From a virus (taxonomy: Duplodnaviria > Caudoviricetes): a DNA stretch of 50,610 bases. Every line of letters begins with the position of its first letter. The stretch's first letter is position 1. The notes beneath the pieces were generated by a model. It ran no database searches, was not told the DNA's origin, and saw only the letters and a program-made list of their open reading frames with translations. The position numbers and the translations under genes are program-made. This document shows positions 37,319 to 45,681 of this stretch, piece after piece. Where the stretch lies: the IMG/VR virus record IMGVR_UViG_3300003406_000182, positions 1-50,610 of that record. The stretch is one strand, 5' to 3'.

Positions 37319-37660
37319 CTAGACCAGCAGATCATCGTCGTCGGAGACGGAACCTTCATCCAGGTCGAGCAGATCATCGTCGGCGCTCGGCTGTGTAGAG
37401 GGCGAGGCGTTGCTTGTCGAGGCCGGCTCGTGGCTGTGAGCAACGCTACCGGCAGGGCGTATGAAGCCGCTTTCTGCGTCAAACTCCATGCCGGTTTCCG
37501 TGCTCTTCTTGCCACCGTAAACGCGGTCAAGTTCTTCCAACAGCGTCGTTTTCTGCAACGACAGGTTCATCCGAGCATCGGTGTTCGGGGTGGGTGAGAG
37601 TTCGATCGAGACCGAACCCTTGGTCTTGCGGATGGATGCACGAAGCTCGCCGAGTTTCAT
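37319..37660 (-). CDS. Hypothetical protein with an acidic tail
   Basis: GGGAG RBS; C-terminal DDDLLDLD..DDDDLLV. Confidence 0.7.
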   Translation of the reverse strand: MKLGELRASIRKTKGSVSIELSPTPNTDARMNLSLQKTTLLEELDRVYGGKKSTETGMEFDAESGFIRPAGSVAHSHEPASTSNASPSTQPSADDDLLDLDEGSVSDDDDLLV

Positions 37661-37686
37661 ATTTATCTCCCTTTGTGGTTAATAGG

Positions 37687-37968
37687 TCACGCCATCCCGA
37701 GGGCAGCTTTGTAGAGATCGAGGATGGCTTCCGCCTCCTGGCGCTCTGCCGCGTCCTTCTTGCGCAAACGGACAAGCGTGCGCACTGCGGGCACGTCAAA
37801 ACCGGTCCCCTTCATTTCCGCGTAGACTTCCTTGATGTCGTCGGCGATCGTCTTCTTTTCTTCCTCAAGACGTTCGATGCGTTCGATGAATGCGCGAAGC
37901 TGACCGGCAGCGACGGTCTGGCTGCTGTCCGTCAGATCGTCGTCGGGTTCGTTGTTCGGATAAGCCAT
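37687..37968 (-). CDS. gapR: GapR / DUF2312 nucleoid-associated protein homologue
   Basis: [56 protein letters not shown]. Confidence 0.93.
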   Translation of the reverse strand: MAYPNNEPDDDLTDSSQTVAAGQLRAFIERIERLEEEKKTIADDIKEVYAEMKGTGFDVPAVRTLVRLRKKDAAERQEAEAILDLYKAALGMA

Positions 37969-38020
37969 ATTCAATCTCTCCATCAGTTGAGAATCACGAT
38001 AAACGTGAAATTACAGCCGG

Positions 38021-38278
38021 TCAATATGAATTGAGCCGAAGTTGAGTATTATGCGCGATGAAGCTGTCGACGGATAGATTGCGTATGGATTCACGGTCAT
38101 AGTGTCTCTCGTCGGGACGCGTCCGATAGCCGTGTTTCTCGCAGACGCGTTCGACGGTGCGCCGAGATAGGCCGGTCGCCTTGGCGAGATCCTGTTGCGA
38201 ACAATCCCATCCCACGGACTCACCGTGGCGGCGGACCAGGAAGCAACGAGCGAGGGCGCGGAAGCGGGGGTCAGCCAT
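38021..38278 (-). CDS. Small HTH DNA-binding protein
   Basis: SQQDLAKATGLSRRTVERVC helix-turn-helix. Confidence 0.7.
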   Translation of the reverse strand: MADPRFRALARCFLVRRHGESVGWDCSQQDLAKATGLSRRTVERVCEKHGYRTRPDERHYDRESIRNLSVDSFIAHNTQLRLNSY

Positions 38279-38802
38279 CAGCGAGAACCCCCCCCCCTGA
38301 TGGAGGATAAACTGTCGAAAGTGAATTTGGCTGGATCGATCGTAATGCTCGTTTTCTCCCGCATCCCGATTTCGGTGATTGGGGCCTTGGGCTCGGGGTA
38401 CTTGTCGAACAGCCCATCGACGATAGTCTGCAGGTCGCTACGGACTTTCGACAGATTGGCCTTGGGTGGCCGGTCGTCGTTCAGCATGTTCTCGATCATG
38501 GCGTCACGGAGGACGACGAGCGATGCTATGGCCTTGGTTATGTGGGAAAGGCCCGCTTCTCCGAAGGTCACATCCGGGTCGAGGTCTTCGCCGTCCCACC
38601 ACTGGTCGATGTGGCCCTTGGCGGCGTCGACGTAGACGGAGGCGCGGACACCCGCAGATCGAAAATTGTGTCTGCCATATTTCAGCGCACCTTCAAGTAG
38701 TGCCACGCCCAATTCGGCGACGACCGTGGCGGGTACGGGCGTGTACTGGCGCCACTTGCGGACGCCTACATTGTCCTTCGGATTGCTCAACTTCGTGTTC
38801 AT
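38278..38802 (-). CDS. DUF5664-family protein (dATP/dGTP diphosphohydrolase N-terminal-like)
   Basis: NPKD..G..K, GALKYGRHNFR, Y.DA..GH...WWDGED.DP..GLSH and DDRP motifs. Confidence 0.85.
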   Translation of the reverse strand: MNTKLSNPKDNVGVRKWRQYTPVPATVVAELGVALLEGALKYGRHNFRSAGVRASVYVDAAKGHIDQWWDGEDLDPDVTFGEAGLSHITKAIASLVVLRDAMIENMLNDDRPPKANLSKVRSDLQTIVDGLFDKYPEPKAPITEIGMREKTSITIDPAKFTFDSLSSIRGGGSR

Positions 38803-39015
38803 TCACCGTCTCCTCGCCGAGACGTTTTTCATAGTCTCGATAGCGTTGTTGGATGCCAGGCAGCCGAGAAACCAGACGATCGCGGCCACGTCGAAGGGAA
38901 GGAAGCACCAAAGCAGTGCGACGGCGCCGAAGTGCCACGCGTAACTGGTTGCGATGATGCCGATCGCCTGCTTGAGTTCAGGCGTTAGCCGTATGGAGGG
39001 CAGGGAGAAGCGCAT
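38803..39015 (-). CDS. Small membrane protein
   Basis: Coupled TAATG start (MRFSLPS..); two hydrophobic segments. Confidence 0.55.
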   Translation of the reverse strand: MRFSLPSIRLTPELKQAIGIIATSYAWHFGAVALLWCFLPFDVAAIVWFLGCLASNNAIETMKNVSARRR

Positions 39016-39320
39016 TACGACGCGCGCTCCCCCGCCACGGGCTTCGGGCGAAGCACGACTGGAAGCCAATTCGTACCGGTGGCGATTATGCAGGCATTGC
39101 CGTGACCATCGATAGTGATCATCGTCCACGTATCGCCACCAGGTGATGCGAGCACGGCGATGATGAGCTTGTCGTTGACGATGCCAACGCCACCCGTGGG
39201 CGTCTCGTTGTACTGCTCGGCCGCCGTCTTCTTGAGGTCGTTCCAGGGCAAGCAGGTGGCCGCGAAAGACGGAACCGATGCGGCGCATAGAAGGGCAAGC
39301 GCAAGTGCGGTTTTCTTCAT
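39015..39320 (-). CDS. Small exported protein
   Basis: AGGAG RBS; signal peptide MKKTALALALLCAASVPSFA; two mature-region Cys and a TWT..G.AC motif. Confidence 0.75.
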   Translation of the reverse strand: MKKTALALALLCAASVPSFAATCLPWNDLKKTAAEQYNETPTGGVGIVNDKLIIAVLASPGGDTWTMITIDGHGNACIIATGTNWLPVVLRPKPVAGERAS

Positions 39321-39370
39321 TTCATATCTCCTCGTATGGATCACGTTTCTACGTCATATTTTAGTGAAAG

Positions 39371-39943
39371 TCACGCGAAAAGTGAAATTACTGGCCGCCA
39401 ATCGTCAATCCAGGTGATGCGCCTATCGCTCTGGATCTCATCGTCTCGATTGTGGCGCCGTCGCATCATGAAGGTCTTGTTGCCGGCGTTCAGTCCCATG
39501 ACCGCATTGCGGTAATTGTCCTCGATCCAGATGCCGGTTCGGAGGACGTTGAGCCAGTGGGCTTTGCTTTCTCCGAGGGGGAGACAGAGGAGTCGGTCGA
39601 TCGCACCGCCGAAAACTCGCCCCAGGTTTTCCTTGCGCCGCAGTATCGTGGCCGGCTCCTCCGAGCAACTGGTCAGGACCGTCAACTGATGCCCGTTCGC
39701 CTTCAACAACGGGATTGCGGCACGCGCTTCAGGGAAGGCTTCAAGTTGCCCGAAAGACGGTGATGCATTGAACTCGGAAATGAGCGCCAGGCAATCAGGC
39801 CCGGGCACTCCAAGCCAATCGGAAAGTGACCATGACGCGGGGCCATGTGGATCTGGACAAAGATTGTGTGTAGCGGCCAACCACTTTCGAAATCCGCGCT
39901 GCCAATCAAGCAGAACGTCGTCGCAATCGAGAATGAAATGCAT
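39371..39943 (-). CDS. HAD-superfamily phosphatase, 5'(3')-nucleotidase-like
   Basis: Motif I ILDCDDVLLDW, motif II LTS, K, and motif IV WIEDN. Confidence 0.85.
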   Translation of the reverse strand: MHFILDCDDVLLDWQRGFRKWLAATHNLCPDPHGPASWSLSDWLGVPGPDCLALISEFNASPSFGQLEAFPEARAAIPLLKANGHQLTVLTSCSEEPATILRRKENLGRVFGGAIDRLLCLPLGESKAHWLNVLRTGIWIEDNYRNAVMGLNAGNKTFMMRRRHNRDDEIQSDRRITWIDDWRPVISLFA

Positions 39944-39981
39944 ATATTTCTCCCCTTGTGTGCGGCTAGACGAGGGTGGCC

Positions 39982-40203
39982 CTACTCACGTCCAGTATCC
40001 TCTGGGAGGGGGCGGGGCTTCGGATCGACCATGACGGAAGCGCGCGCAAGCATGTCGGCCACGTCCTGCATGTTGAACGAGCAGAGAAACGGATAGCCGT
40101 CCGCGAGCATCTGGAAGGTCGTGGAGAGGCTTTGCAGCATTGCGCAGTCTATTCGGCGGCGCTGCGCATCTGGCATATCCCGCACCGCCCGCTCACCCTT
40201 CAT
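39982..40203 (-). CDS. Hypothetical protein
   Basis: AGGAGG RBS; overlaps the upstream gene. Confidence 0.55.
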   Translation of the reverse strand: MKGERAVRDMPDAQRRRIDCAMLQSLSTTFQMLADGYPFLCSFNMQDVADMLARASVMVDPKPRPLPEDTGRE

Positions 40204-40456
40204 TGCCGGCCTCCTGCGATTGAAGGGCGACACGGCCAGCTTCGGTTAGGACATAGGCGGATCCATATGGCTCACCATCTTCGGTGAAACAGCCGCGCAT
40301 GAATTCGAGATAGCCTTCATCCCGGAGGCCATGGACGAGTTCGCGGATTTCGGCGCGCGACAGGCCGGTTCGATGTTCAAGCGCCTTGAAGTGATAGCCG
40401 AAGCCAACATCCTCGCCAGCCCATTCTTCGAATAGCTTCCGTTGCGCCGCCGTCAC
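40193..40456 (-). CDS. Winged-helix-like protein
   Basis: GTGA overlap; TGLSRAEIRELVHGLRDEGYL..GSAYVLTEAG. Confidence 0.65.
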   Translation of the reverse strand: MTAAQRKLFEEWAGEDVGFGYHFKALEHRTGLSRAEIRELVHGLRDEGYLEFMRGCFTEDGEPYGSAYVLTEAGRVALQSQEAGNEG

Positions 40457-40842
40457 CGTCCGGCCTCCTCATTGGCGAGAGCGACGGGCTCACGTGACAT
40501 TGCGTACTCGATCGCGTCGAAGGCGCGGAGAGCATATTCGGCGTTGTCGAATTCGATAGTGATTGTCGAACGGTGCTTTGCAAGCGTGCCTTCCGGCAGT
40601 CGCAGCCGCCCGACTTCCGCCTCAAGTGCGGTTGCACGGGATTCGGCTTTCTCCGCGCGGATGGTTGCCGCGCGCTCGTCTGCTTCGGCCTCATCCCGTT
40701 CCTTCCGCAGTGCCTCGTTATCGGCGGTGAGGCGGGAGATGGTGTCGGCGGCTTCGTTCTTGACAGCCCAAGGGCAATAATCGTTCTTTTCTTCACCGTC
40801 GATGCGCAGCTGTTCAACGATATCTTGTGCGGGGAGGGTCAT
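40453..40842 (-). CDS. Hypothetical coiled-coil phage protein
   Basis: DIVEQLR..EAADTISRL motif common in phage accessory genes; ATGA overlap. Confidence 0.7.
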   Translation of the reverse strand: MTLPAQDIVEQLRIDGEEKNDYCPWAVKNEAADTISRLTADNEALRKERDEAEADERAATIRAEKAESRATALEAEVGRLRLPEGTLAKHRSTITIEFDNAEYALRAFDAIEYAMSREPVALANEEAGR

Positions 40843-41696
40843 GACTGGTCGCCTCTCTGTTCAGAAGGAGCGGCGGGGAGGGGCATCCAGTGGGTGTAGT
40901 CAAAAGCCAGATGTGGGCTGGTTGAGAAGACTCCCGACACGATCTCGGATAGGTGCTCACGCACGTAATCGACGTTGGCAACTTCGGCGCACCATTGGCC
41001 TTTGCCGTTATAGCATCCGACGATCACAAGACCTTTTTCGGGGAGACTGTTCAGCGTTCGCCACCCCTCCTGCTCTCCTGCCCGTAGTGCATCGATACGT
41101 TGCTTGGCCAGCCAATACACACGAGCCGCAAGGCTCATGGTATGGCCGCGTTCTTGGCGCGGCACGCCGAGTGTATCCATATCATCGTGCGCTTGGGCTA
41201 GTTCCGCATCGCTGGCTGACGATGGCCCATAGAATTCGGGGAATACACCCCCGCTTGCACGAAGGTCGGCAAACACCAGTTCATCGGGATCAATCTCGAC
41301 GTGATCTCCTGCCCGTAGACGGGAGAGGAGGGCGTTGATCTCCTGCGCATCGTTGTCGTCGGTCATGCCGAAATACCGACCATTCCAGTGCCGCTCCAGC
41401 ACCCGCCCCACCTCGTCTTTGAGCGGTAGGGCTCTCAACCGTGCATTTTCTGCCTCGGCGGCTGTCCATGCGGCGGTTCGGTTGTGTGCGACTTCCTTGT
41501 ACTCATCCAGCTTCGCCCGCAGTTCCGCGATCTGGCGCTCGGCTATGTCGGAGCGGAGGTATTCGACATTGCCAGCGCCATGCGCTCCCCATGTGGGCCA
41601 CACACCAGCCAGCCAAGTGCCTTTCTTGCCGTCTTTTACAGGAAGGGGTGTTCTTGATGTTGGATTAGCCCAAATTCGTTCGGGAGCCTCAACCAT
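40839..41696 (-). CDS. Mosaic phage protein with a C-terminal DUF551-like domain
   Basis: APERIW, VEYLRSD and W.....LP..THWMPLPAAP motifs. Confidence 0.75.
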   Translation of the reverse strand: MVEAPERIWANPTSRTPLPVKDGKKGTWLAGVWPTWGAHGAGNVEYLRSDIAERQIAELRAKLDEYKEVAHNRTAAWTAAEAENARLRALPLKDEVGRVLERHWNGRYFGMTDDNDAQEINALLSRLRAGDHVEIDPDELVFADLRASGGVFPEFYGPSSASDAELAQAHDDMDTLGVPRQERGHTMSLAARVYWLAKQRIDALRAGEQEGWRTLNSLPEKGLVIVGCYNGKGQWCAEVANVDYVREHLSEIVSGVFSTSPHLAFDYTHWMPLPAAPSEQRGDQS

Positions 41697-41928
41697 CGCC
41701 CCTCTCCTGCTCATCGGTGCTGAAGGTCCATGACGCGCTGCTGTTCACTTGGAAACTTAGATTGCAGGAAAGGCACTCGACTTCGTGCATGTCGTTTTCG
41801 TCGTAAAGATGCCAGGCCTCGCTTTCGCTGATATCGAATTCGCTGCCGCAATGTGGACACTTCGGCCTTTTGTTCGCGAAGAATGAAAGCCAGTCGCCGG
41901 CATCAAGGGCCGCAAATCGATCAACCAT
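41689..41928 (-). CDS. Zinc-ribbon protein
   Basis: CPHC..CLSC; GAGG RBS. Confidence 0.7.
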   Translation of the reverse strand: MVDRFAALDAGDWLSFFANKRPKCPHCGSEFDISESEAWHLYDENDMHEVECLSCNLSFQVNSSASWTFSTDEQERGDG

Positions 41929-42153
41929 CTACCGGACCTCCTTTGCGACGATTTCCTTGACGCGCTCGCGGTCGAACCAGACCACAAGTCCGAGTTTTTC
42001 CGTGCCATTGAAATTGATACGCTGCGGAGTGCCAAAGGTGACCTTCGTCACGCCCTTGTTCATGTTGAGCGCATCCGTGCAGTCGTCCAGGTTCTGGAAC
42101 CGGATCTTGTCATCGCCATAGGCGGCTATGAGTTCGGAGAGTTTGAGCGACAT
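41929..42153 (-). CDS. Hypothetical protein
   Basis: Packed between its neighbours (MSLKLSELIAAYGDD..). Confidence 0.65.
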   Translation of the reverse strand: MSLKLSELIAAYGDDKIRFQNLDDCTDALNMNKGVTKVTFGTPQRINFNGTEKLGLVVWFDRERVKEIVAKEVR

Positions 42154-42154
42154 G

Positions 42155-43408
42155 TCACCGGCCATCCGACTTCGAGAGGGAAGAAATGGCTTCATCAATG
42201 GCAGCGCGCGGGTCGTCGTGATAGACTTCCGCTATGGTCCTCTCGCGGGGCTCGGCCATCCAATGGCCAACGACGCGCCAGCCGATATCATAATCGTCAC
42301 CACCTGTTGGGATATCGAAGCAGCGCAAATCCCAACTCTCATCTCGCAACTTGTCGAAACGCTTGGTGTCATCCAGCGCCTCCACCACCCGCTCATCGGC
42401 GGCCTTGCAGCATTCCGAAAGCGCATATTTCTCGGCACACGGGCTTGGCGGGTTATCGTCTGGATGACAGGTGCATGTCCGCTCGTCGGCGGGACGGAGT
42501 TGGAAAAGTGTGGCATAGACGGCCCGCATGGCCTCTCGCTGCTCTTTGTCCGTTGCCTGCGGGAAGATGTAATCTGTCGTGCGGTTATATGCTCTGACCA
42601 TTTCTGATATGGTGGCATCTTCCGCCACCGCCTGCCCGCCTGCGCCTATGGCGGCGAGACCATCAAGCATATGTTGGACCATGGCCTTCGCCTGCCGGTA
42701 GTCGAGCAGGTTTGTACCGACAGGCTCGCGACGGGACTGAGACTCGGTCCCCATATTGATGATGGGGTCAAACGCGATACCGCCATCAGGGTTGAAGTCA
42801 TCCGGCAGTTTCCAGCGGAGGAACCGCAGCACCATGTGCTCGACCACCGCATCCGTCACCTGCGCCGGATTGACGACGTGGCTGGTCTCGCCCGATTGCT
42901 CGTCCGCAGGGGTTCCTTGTGCGGCTCTTTCCCCCGGCTTTTGCCACGTTTGTTCTTCGCCCTGCGCCGGATTGGCGGCCTGCGGGGAGGCGTAGAGAGG
43001 GCCAACTTCCTTGAACGGGTCGGTCAGCGCGTAAAGCGGGATGGCGAAATATTCGTCGCTGTTTTCCAGCGGGTCGCTTTCGAGTTCCCAGCTATCTTCG
43101 GATAACCCACGGCAACCGTTTAGCCAGCCGAACGGGCCGTACAGACCGCCAGCCGCTACCGCCTCGCCTGCTTGGGGCTGCGGCGCTACCTGTGATGGAG
43201 AGGCGCGGCGTTCGGCGGCTATCGCCTTGGCAACATCATTCGGGAATGACGAGCTATCCCAATATGGGACGCTGCTCGTATCGCGGCGCACGTTCACAAG
43301 AATGCGGACATGCGGCTCATCCTCGATCATATGCCAGAAGCGCGCGATGTGGTCCGCCAGCGACGTTTGTGCGCAAGCCTTCTCATCCAGTGCAACATCG
43401 CTCATCAC
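42155..43408 (-). CDS. Mosaic multi-module hypothetical protein
   Basis: 417-aa ORF with GAGGGGG RBS; module MVLRFLRWKLPDDFNPDGGI..PVGTNLL; internal short repeats. Confidence 0.7.
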   Translation of the reverse strand: MMSDVALDEKACAQTSLADHIARFWHMIEDEPHVRILVNVRRDTSSVPYWDSSSFPNDVAKAIAAERRASPSQVAPQPQAGEAVAAGGLYGPFGWLNGCRGLSEDSWELESDPLENSDEYFAIPLYALTDPFKEVGPLYASPQAANPAQGEEQTWQKPGERAAQGTPADEQSGETSHVVNPAQVTDAVVEHMVLRFLRWKLPDDFNPDGGIAFDPIINMGTESQSRREPVGTNLLDYRQAKAMVQHMLDGLAAIGAGGQAVAEDATISEMVRAYNRTTDYIFPQATDKEQREAMRAVYATLFQLRPADERTCTCHPDDNPPSPCAEKYALSECCKAADERVVEALDDTKRFDKLRDESWDLRCFDIPTGGDDYDIGWRVVGHWMAEPRERTIAEVYHDDPRAAIDEAISSLSKSDGR

Positions 43409-43490
43409 ATTTCCCCCTCAATTCCCATTTCGATATCGGCTCGCTTGGCTGTCGCGAGCATGCTTCCGACGATGAACCAGGTGTGCAACA

Positions 43491-43655
43491 TCACGAGGCT
43501 GCCCTAGCCGCAGCGATATCTCGTTCCAGCCGTTTGATCTCTTCGGACCATTGTTCCTTCTCGGCCTGCATCCTGGAAAAGTTGTCGATGTAACTCGCCA
43601 TCTTGCGATGCCACTTGGCCCGCTCCAATGCGTCTTCCAGCTCCTGAATGGTCAT
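43491..43655 (-). CDS. Small coiled-coil protein (54 aa, not in the ORF track)
   Basis: MTIQELEDALERAKWHRK..IAAARAAS; ATGA overlap with the upstream gene. Confidence 0.55.
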   Translation of the reverse strand: MTIQELEDALERAKWHRKMASYIDNFSRMQAEKEQWSEEIKRLERDIAAARAAS

Positions 43656-43813
43656 CCCATCTTCCTTCCGTGTGCGTTGCCGATCCAGCGCGTCCTGCAG
43701 CAGGGGCAGAACTCGCCTCCGAATCCCTTCCGATAAACATGAGGGCGAAGGCCCGATCGAGCGGGGCAGGGGCCACGCCTGAATGCGCGAACGATTCGTC
43801 GCAGCAGACTCAT
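43652..43813 (-). CDS. Small Cys-rich protein
   Basis: MSLLRRIVRAF..C......H..CPCC; ATGA overlap. Confidence 0.55.
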   Translation of the reverse strand: MSLLRRIVRAFRRGPCPARSGLRPHVYRKGFGGEFCPCCRTRWIGNAHGRKMG

Positions 43814-44010
43814 CGGCCGGTTACCGATCGACGAAGAAGCCGGCCCAGGATGCGGCCGTCCTGCTGCATGGCGGCGAAGATGTAAGATTGGCCGAAGTCG
43901 CGCTCGAAGCGATCCCGTGGCAACGGCTCGACCGTCCGCATATCGTCGAGCATCTGCACGGTGTCGTCGCATTGCGGCGTGCGGAAGCCGAAAACATTGA
44001 TGCCCGTCAC
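43810..44010 (-). CDS. Hypothetical protein
   Basis: GTGA and ATGA overlaps on both sides. Confidence 0.5.
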   Translation of the reverse strand: MTGINVFGFRTPQCDDTVQMLDDMRTVEPLPRDRFERDFGQSYIFAAMQQDGRILGRLLRRSVTGR

Positions 44011-44234
44011 AGCGACCGCCAGTTCAGGATCGCGACACGCCTGTTGCCGTGCGCTCTGGTGAGAGCGCCGAGGATCGCGCTGTAGTTCTCAGCGGAATCG
44101 ATGTCCTCGACGTATGTGTCGAGCACCTGCGAATAGTGCTTCCCGGCGACCACGTAGGCGATGAAGATGTGATATGGCGCGGGAGGCTGCGGCGCCGCTT
44201 CCTTCGCTTCGGTAGGTGTCTCATTCTCGCTCAT
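44007..44234 (-). CDS. Hypothetical protein, first gene of the leftward operon
   Basis: GGGAG RBS; a promoter-like sequence lies upstream. Confidence 0.7.
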   Translation of the reverse strand: MSENETPTEAKEAAPQPPAPYHIFIAYVVAGKHYSQVLDTYVEDIDSAENYSAILGALTRAHGNRRVAILNWRSL

Positions 44235-44259
44235 GGTCGTCTCCCGCGTTGATGAGCCG

Positions 44260-44300
44260 AAACTCTCACGTCAAAAAGTGAAAGTCAATTAAAAAGTGAA
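44260..44300 (-). promoter_or_regulatory. Leftward promoter with tandem TCAC/GTGA boxes
   Basis: Minus strand TTGACT-tTCACtttttgacGTGA-GAGTTT (17-nt spacer). Confidence 0.5.
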
Positions 44301-44382
44301 AGTGTGAAGCTGATTTTCCCCGAGGGGCCTATTTCTCCGGGGCGGGGCTTGTCGGGTGCGTAGGAATATGATCCTATGAGGC

Positions 44383-44631
44383 ATGGGAACACGTCGCATC
44401 CACGATTACAGTTATCTGATCGAACGCCTCGACGAGCGCAACAACACGATCGAGACCATCGGCGAGATGAACAACTTCGCTGTCGCCAAAGCAGCTTTCG
44501 AGGCCGCCCTGACGCAGCGCACCATGGCCCGCCTCACTCTGCGCGAGGGCGGACGCATCATCGAACTGGTTGAAACCGGGCTGTACGACTCCAAGACGGG
44601 CAAGGTTGCCGTGCTGCAGCGCCGCGGCTGA
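44383..44631 (+). CDS. Hypothetical protein (moron-like)
   Basis: GAGG RBS; A.AAFEAA..QR....LTLREG.RII motif; stop codon lies inside a repeat copy. Confidence 0.7.
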   Translation: MGTRRIHDYSYLIERLDERNNTIETIGEMNNFAVAKAAFEAALTQRTMARLTLREGGRIIELVETGLYDSKTGKVAVLQRRG

Positions 44632-44693
44632 TTTTCTCCGAGTGGTTGCAAATCGGTCGTCGACGTGGTTGAGTTTGCCGGGTGGAGGGCTCC

Positions 44694-45092
44694 ATGACCA
44701 AAGCAATCGTTACAGGAATCGCGCTGCTTGCGTTCGGCGTCACGATGGGCAGTGCCGCAGCGTCTGGCGTTCATACGCTTTCGGTTGCCGAGCAACAGAC
44801 CGTCCGCGAAGCTCTGCTCGAACAACTCAAAGATCCTGACAGTGCCCGGTTCAAGGACTTCGTTGCGGTCACCAAATCCGGTGACACGGAAACTGTCTGC
44901 GGCCTGGTTAACGCCAGAAACTCCTACGGCGGATATTCAGGCTTCGCACCTTTCTACGGCCTGCTGATGAAGGCGAAGGCGAAGAGCGGCGCCAAGGTTC
45001 CGTTCTTCTGGATCGGCAAGATCGGCGGCACTGCGGCTGACACTTCGATCGTCGTCGATATGTGCGCAAAGGACGGCATTTCCATTCTCTGA
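44694..45092 (+). CDS. Exported protein of the LKDPDSARF type (moron-like)
   Basis: Signal peptide; LKDPDSARF..VCG.VNARNSYGGYSG motif; stop codon lies inside a repeat copy. Confidence 0.75.
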   Translation: MTKAIVTGIALLAFGVTMGSAAASGVHTLSVAEQQTVREALLEQLKDPDSARFKDFVAVTKSGDTETVCGLVNARNSYGGYSGFAPFYGLLMKAKAKSGAKVPFFWIGKIGGTAADTSIVVDMCAKDGISIL

Positions 45093-45366
45093 TTTTCTCC
45101 GAGGCGTCGGAATCCCATTTTCTCCGAGGGGTCTATTTCTCCGAGGGGTCTATTTCTCCGAGGGGCGGCCTGCCGCAGCAGCTGGCCGGCTCGTCGAAAT
45201 GAGGCGGCCGGAATCGTCGGTCGCCTGGTCGCCGAGCAAATCGTTTCACTTCCGGAACGAAATGCAGGAATAAAAACCTAGGAAAATATGCCTACATTTT
45301 AGGCATGCCGGCGACCTGGCGCCGCGCTAACCGATTGCCTTGTTTCAACTTTCTTTCACGTCGCGA

Positions 45367-45407
45367 TTGACTCTATCGTGTAGTTTCACTAATTACGTGA
45401 AAGTCAC
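45367..45407 (+). promoter_or_regulatory. Rightward early promoter with GANTC at -35 and a TCAC-N7-GTGA-N3-TCAC box over -10
   Basis: TTGACT-N17-TAATTA; same layout at 47069. Confidence 0.6.
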
Positions 45408-45423
45408 TTGAAAGGAGTCGACC

Positions 45424-45654
45424 ATGTGGGATTGTGAATACACTGACACATTCGTAGGCGAGGCGAATTATTCATGGGTGCATCGCGCCGAAGTCAAAAA
45501 CATAGAAGGCGCGAGCAACCGCCGCATGGCGCGCGAATTTAAAGCCGTGCTCGGCCTTACCGGTATGCGCGGCCGCAGCTATTGGCATGGCGATGCATGG
45601 GAATTCCGGCCGTATAAATCTTGCACAATCGCCTTCGCCCAATTCCGCGATTGA
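45424..45654 (+). CDS. Hypothetical early phage protein
   Basis: AAAGGAG RBS; EYTDTF.GEANYSWV.R motif. Confidence 0.75.
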   Translation: MWDCEYTDTFVGEANYSWVHRAEVKNIEGASNRRMAREFKAVLGLTGMRGRSYWHGDAWEFRPYKSCTIAFAQFRD

Positions 45655-45681
45655 ATCACGTTTAAAGAGGGAATCACGCAA

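Larger units (their letters stand above)
44310..45165 (+). repeat. Dispersed and tandem direct repeats with core ATTT(T)CTCCGAG(GGG), 7 copies
   Basis: Copies at about 44310, 44328, 44628, 45089, 45116, 45132 and 45149; the last two are an exact 17-nt tandem TCTATTTCTCCGAGGGG. Confidence 0.9.

Noticed and set aside
38278-38802. 2-aminoadenine (Z-genome) pathway
   Set aside because: No PurZ or HD-family dATPase is visible; the DUF5664-like gene alone is insufficient
43405-43491. 28-aa minus-strand ORF MLHTWFIVGS..
   Set aside because: Coupled on both sides but too short and featureless to support as a gene
45089-45165. Repeat tract as a CRISPR array
   Set aside because: Units are 17 nt, directly tandem, with no unique regular spacers and no cas genes
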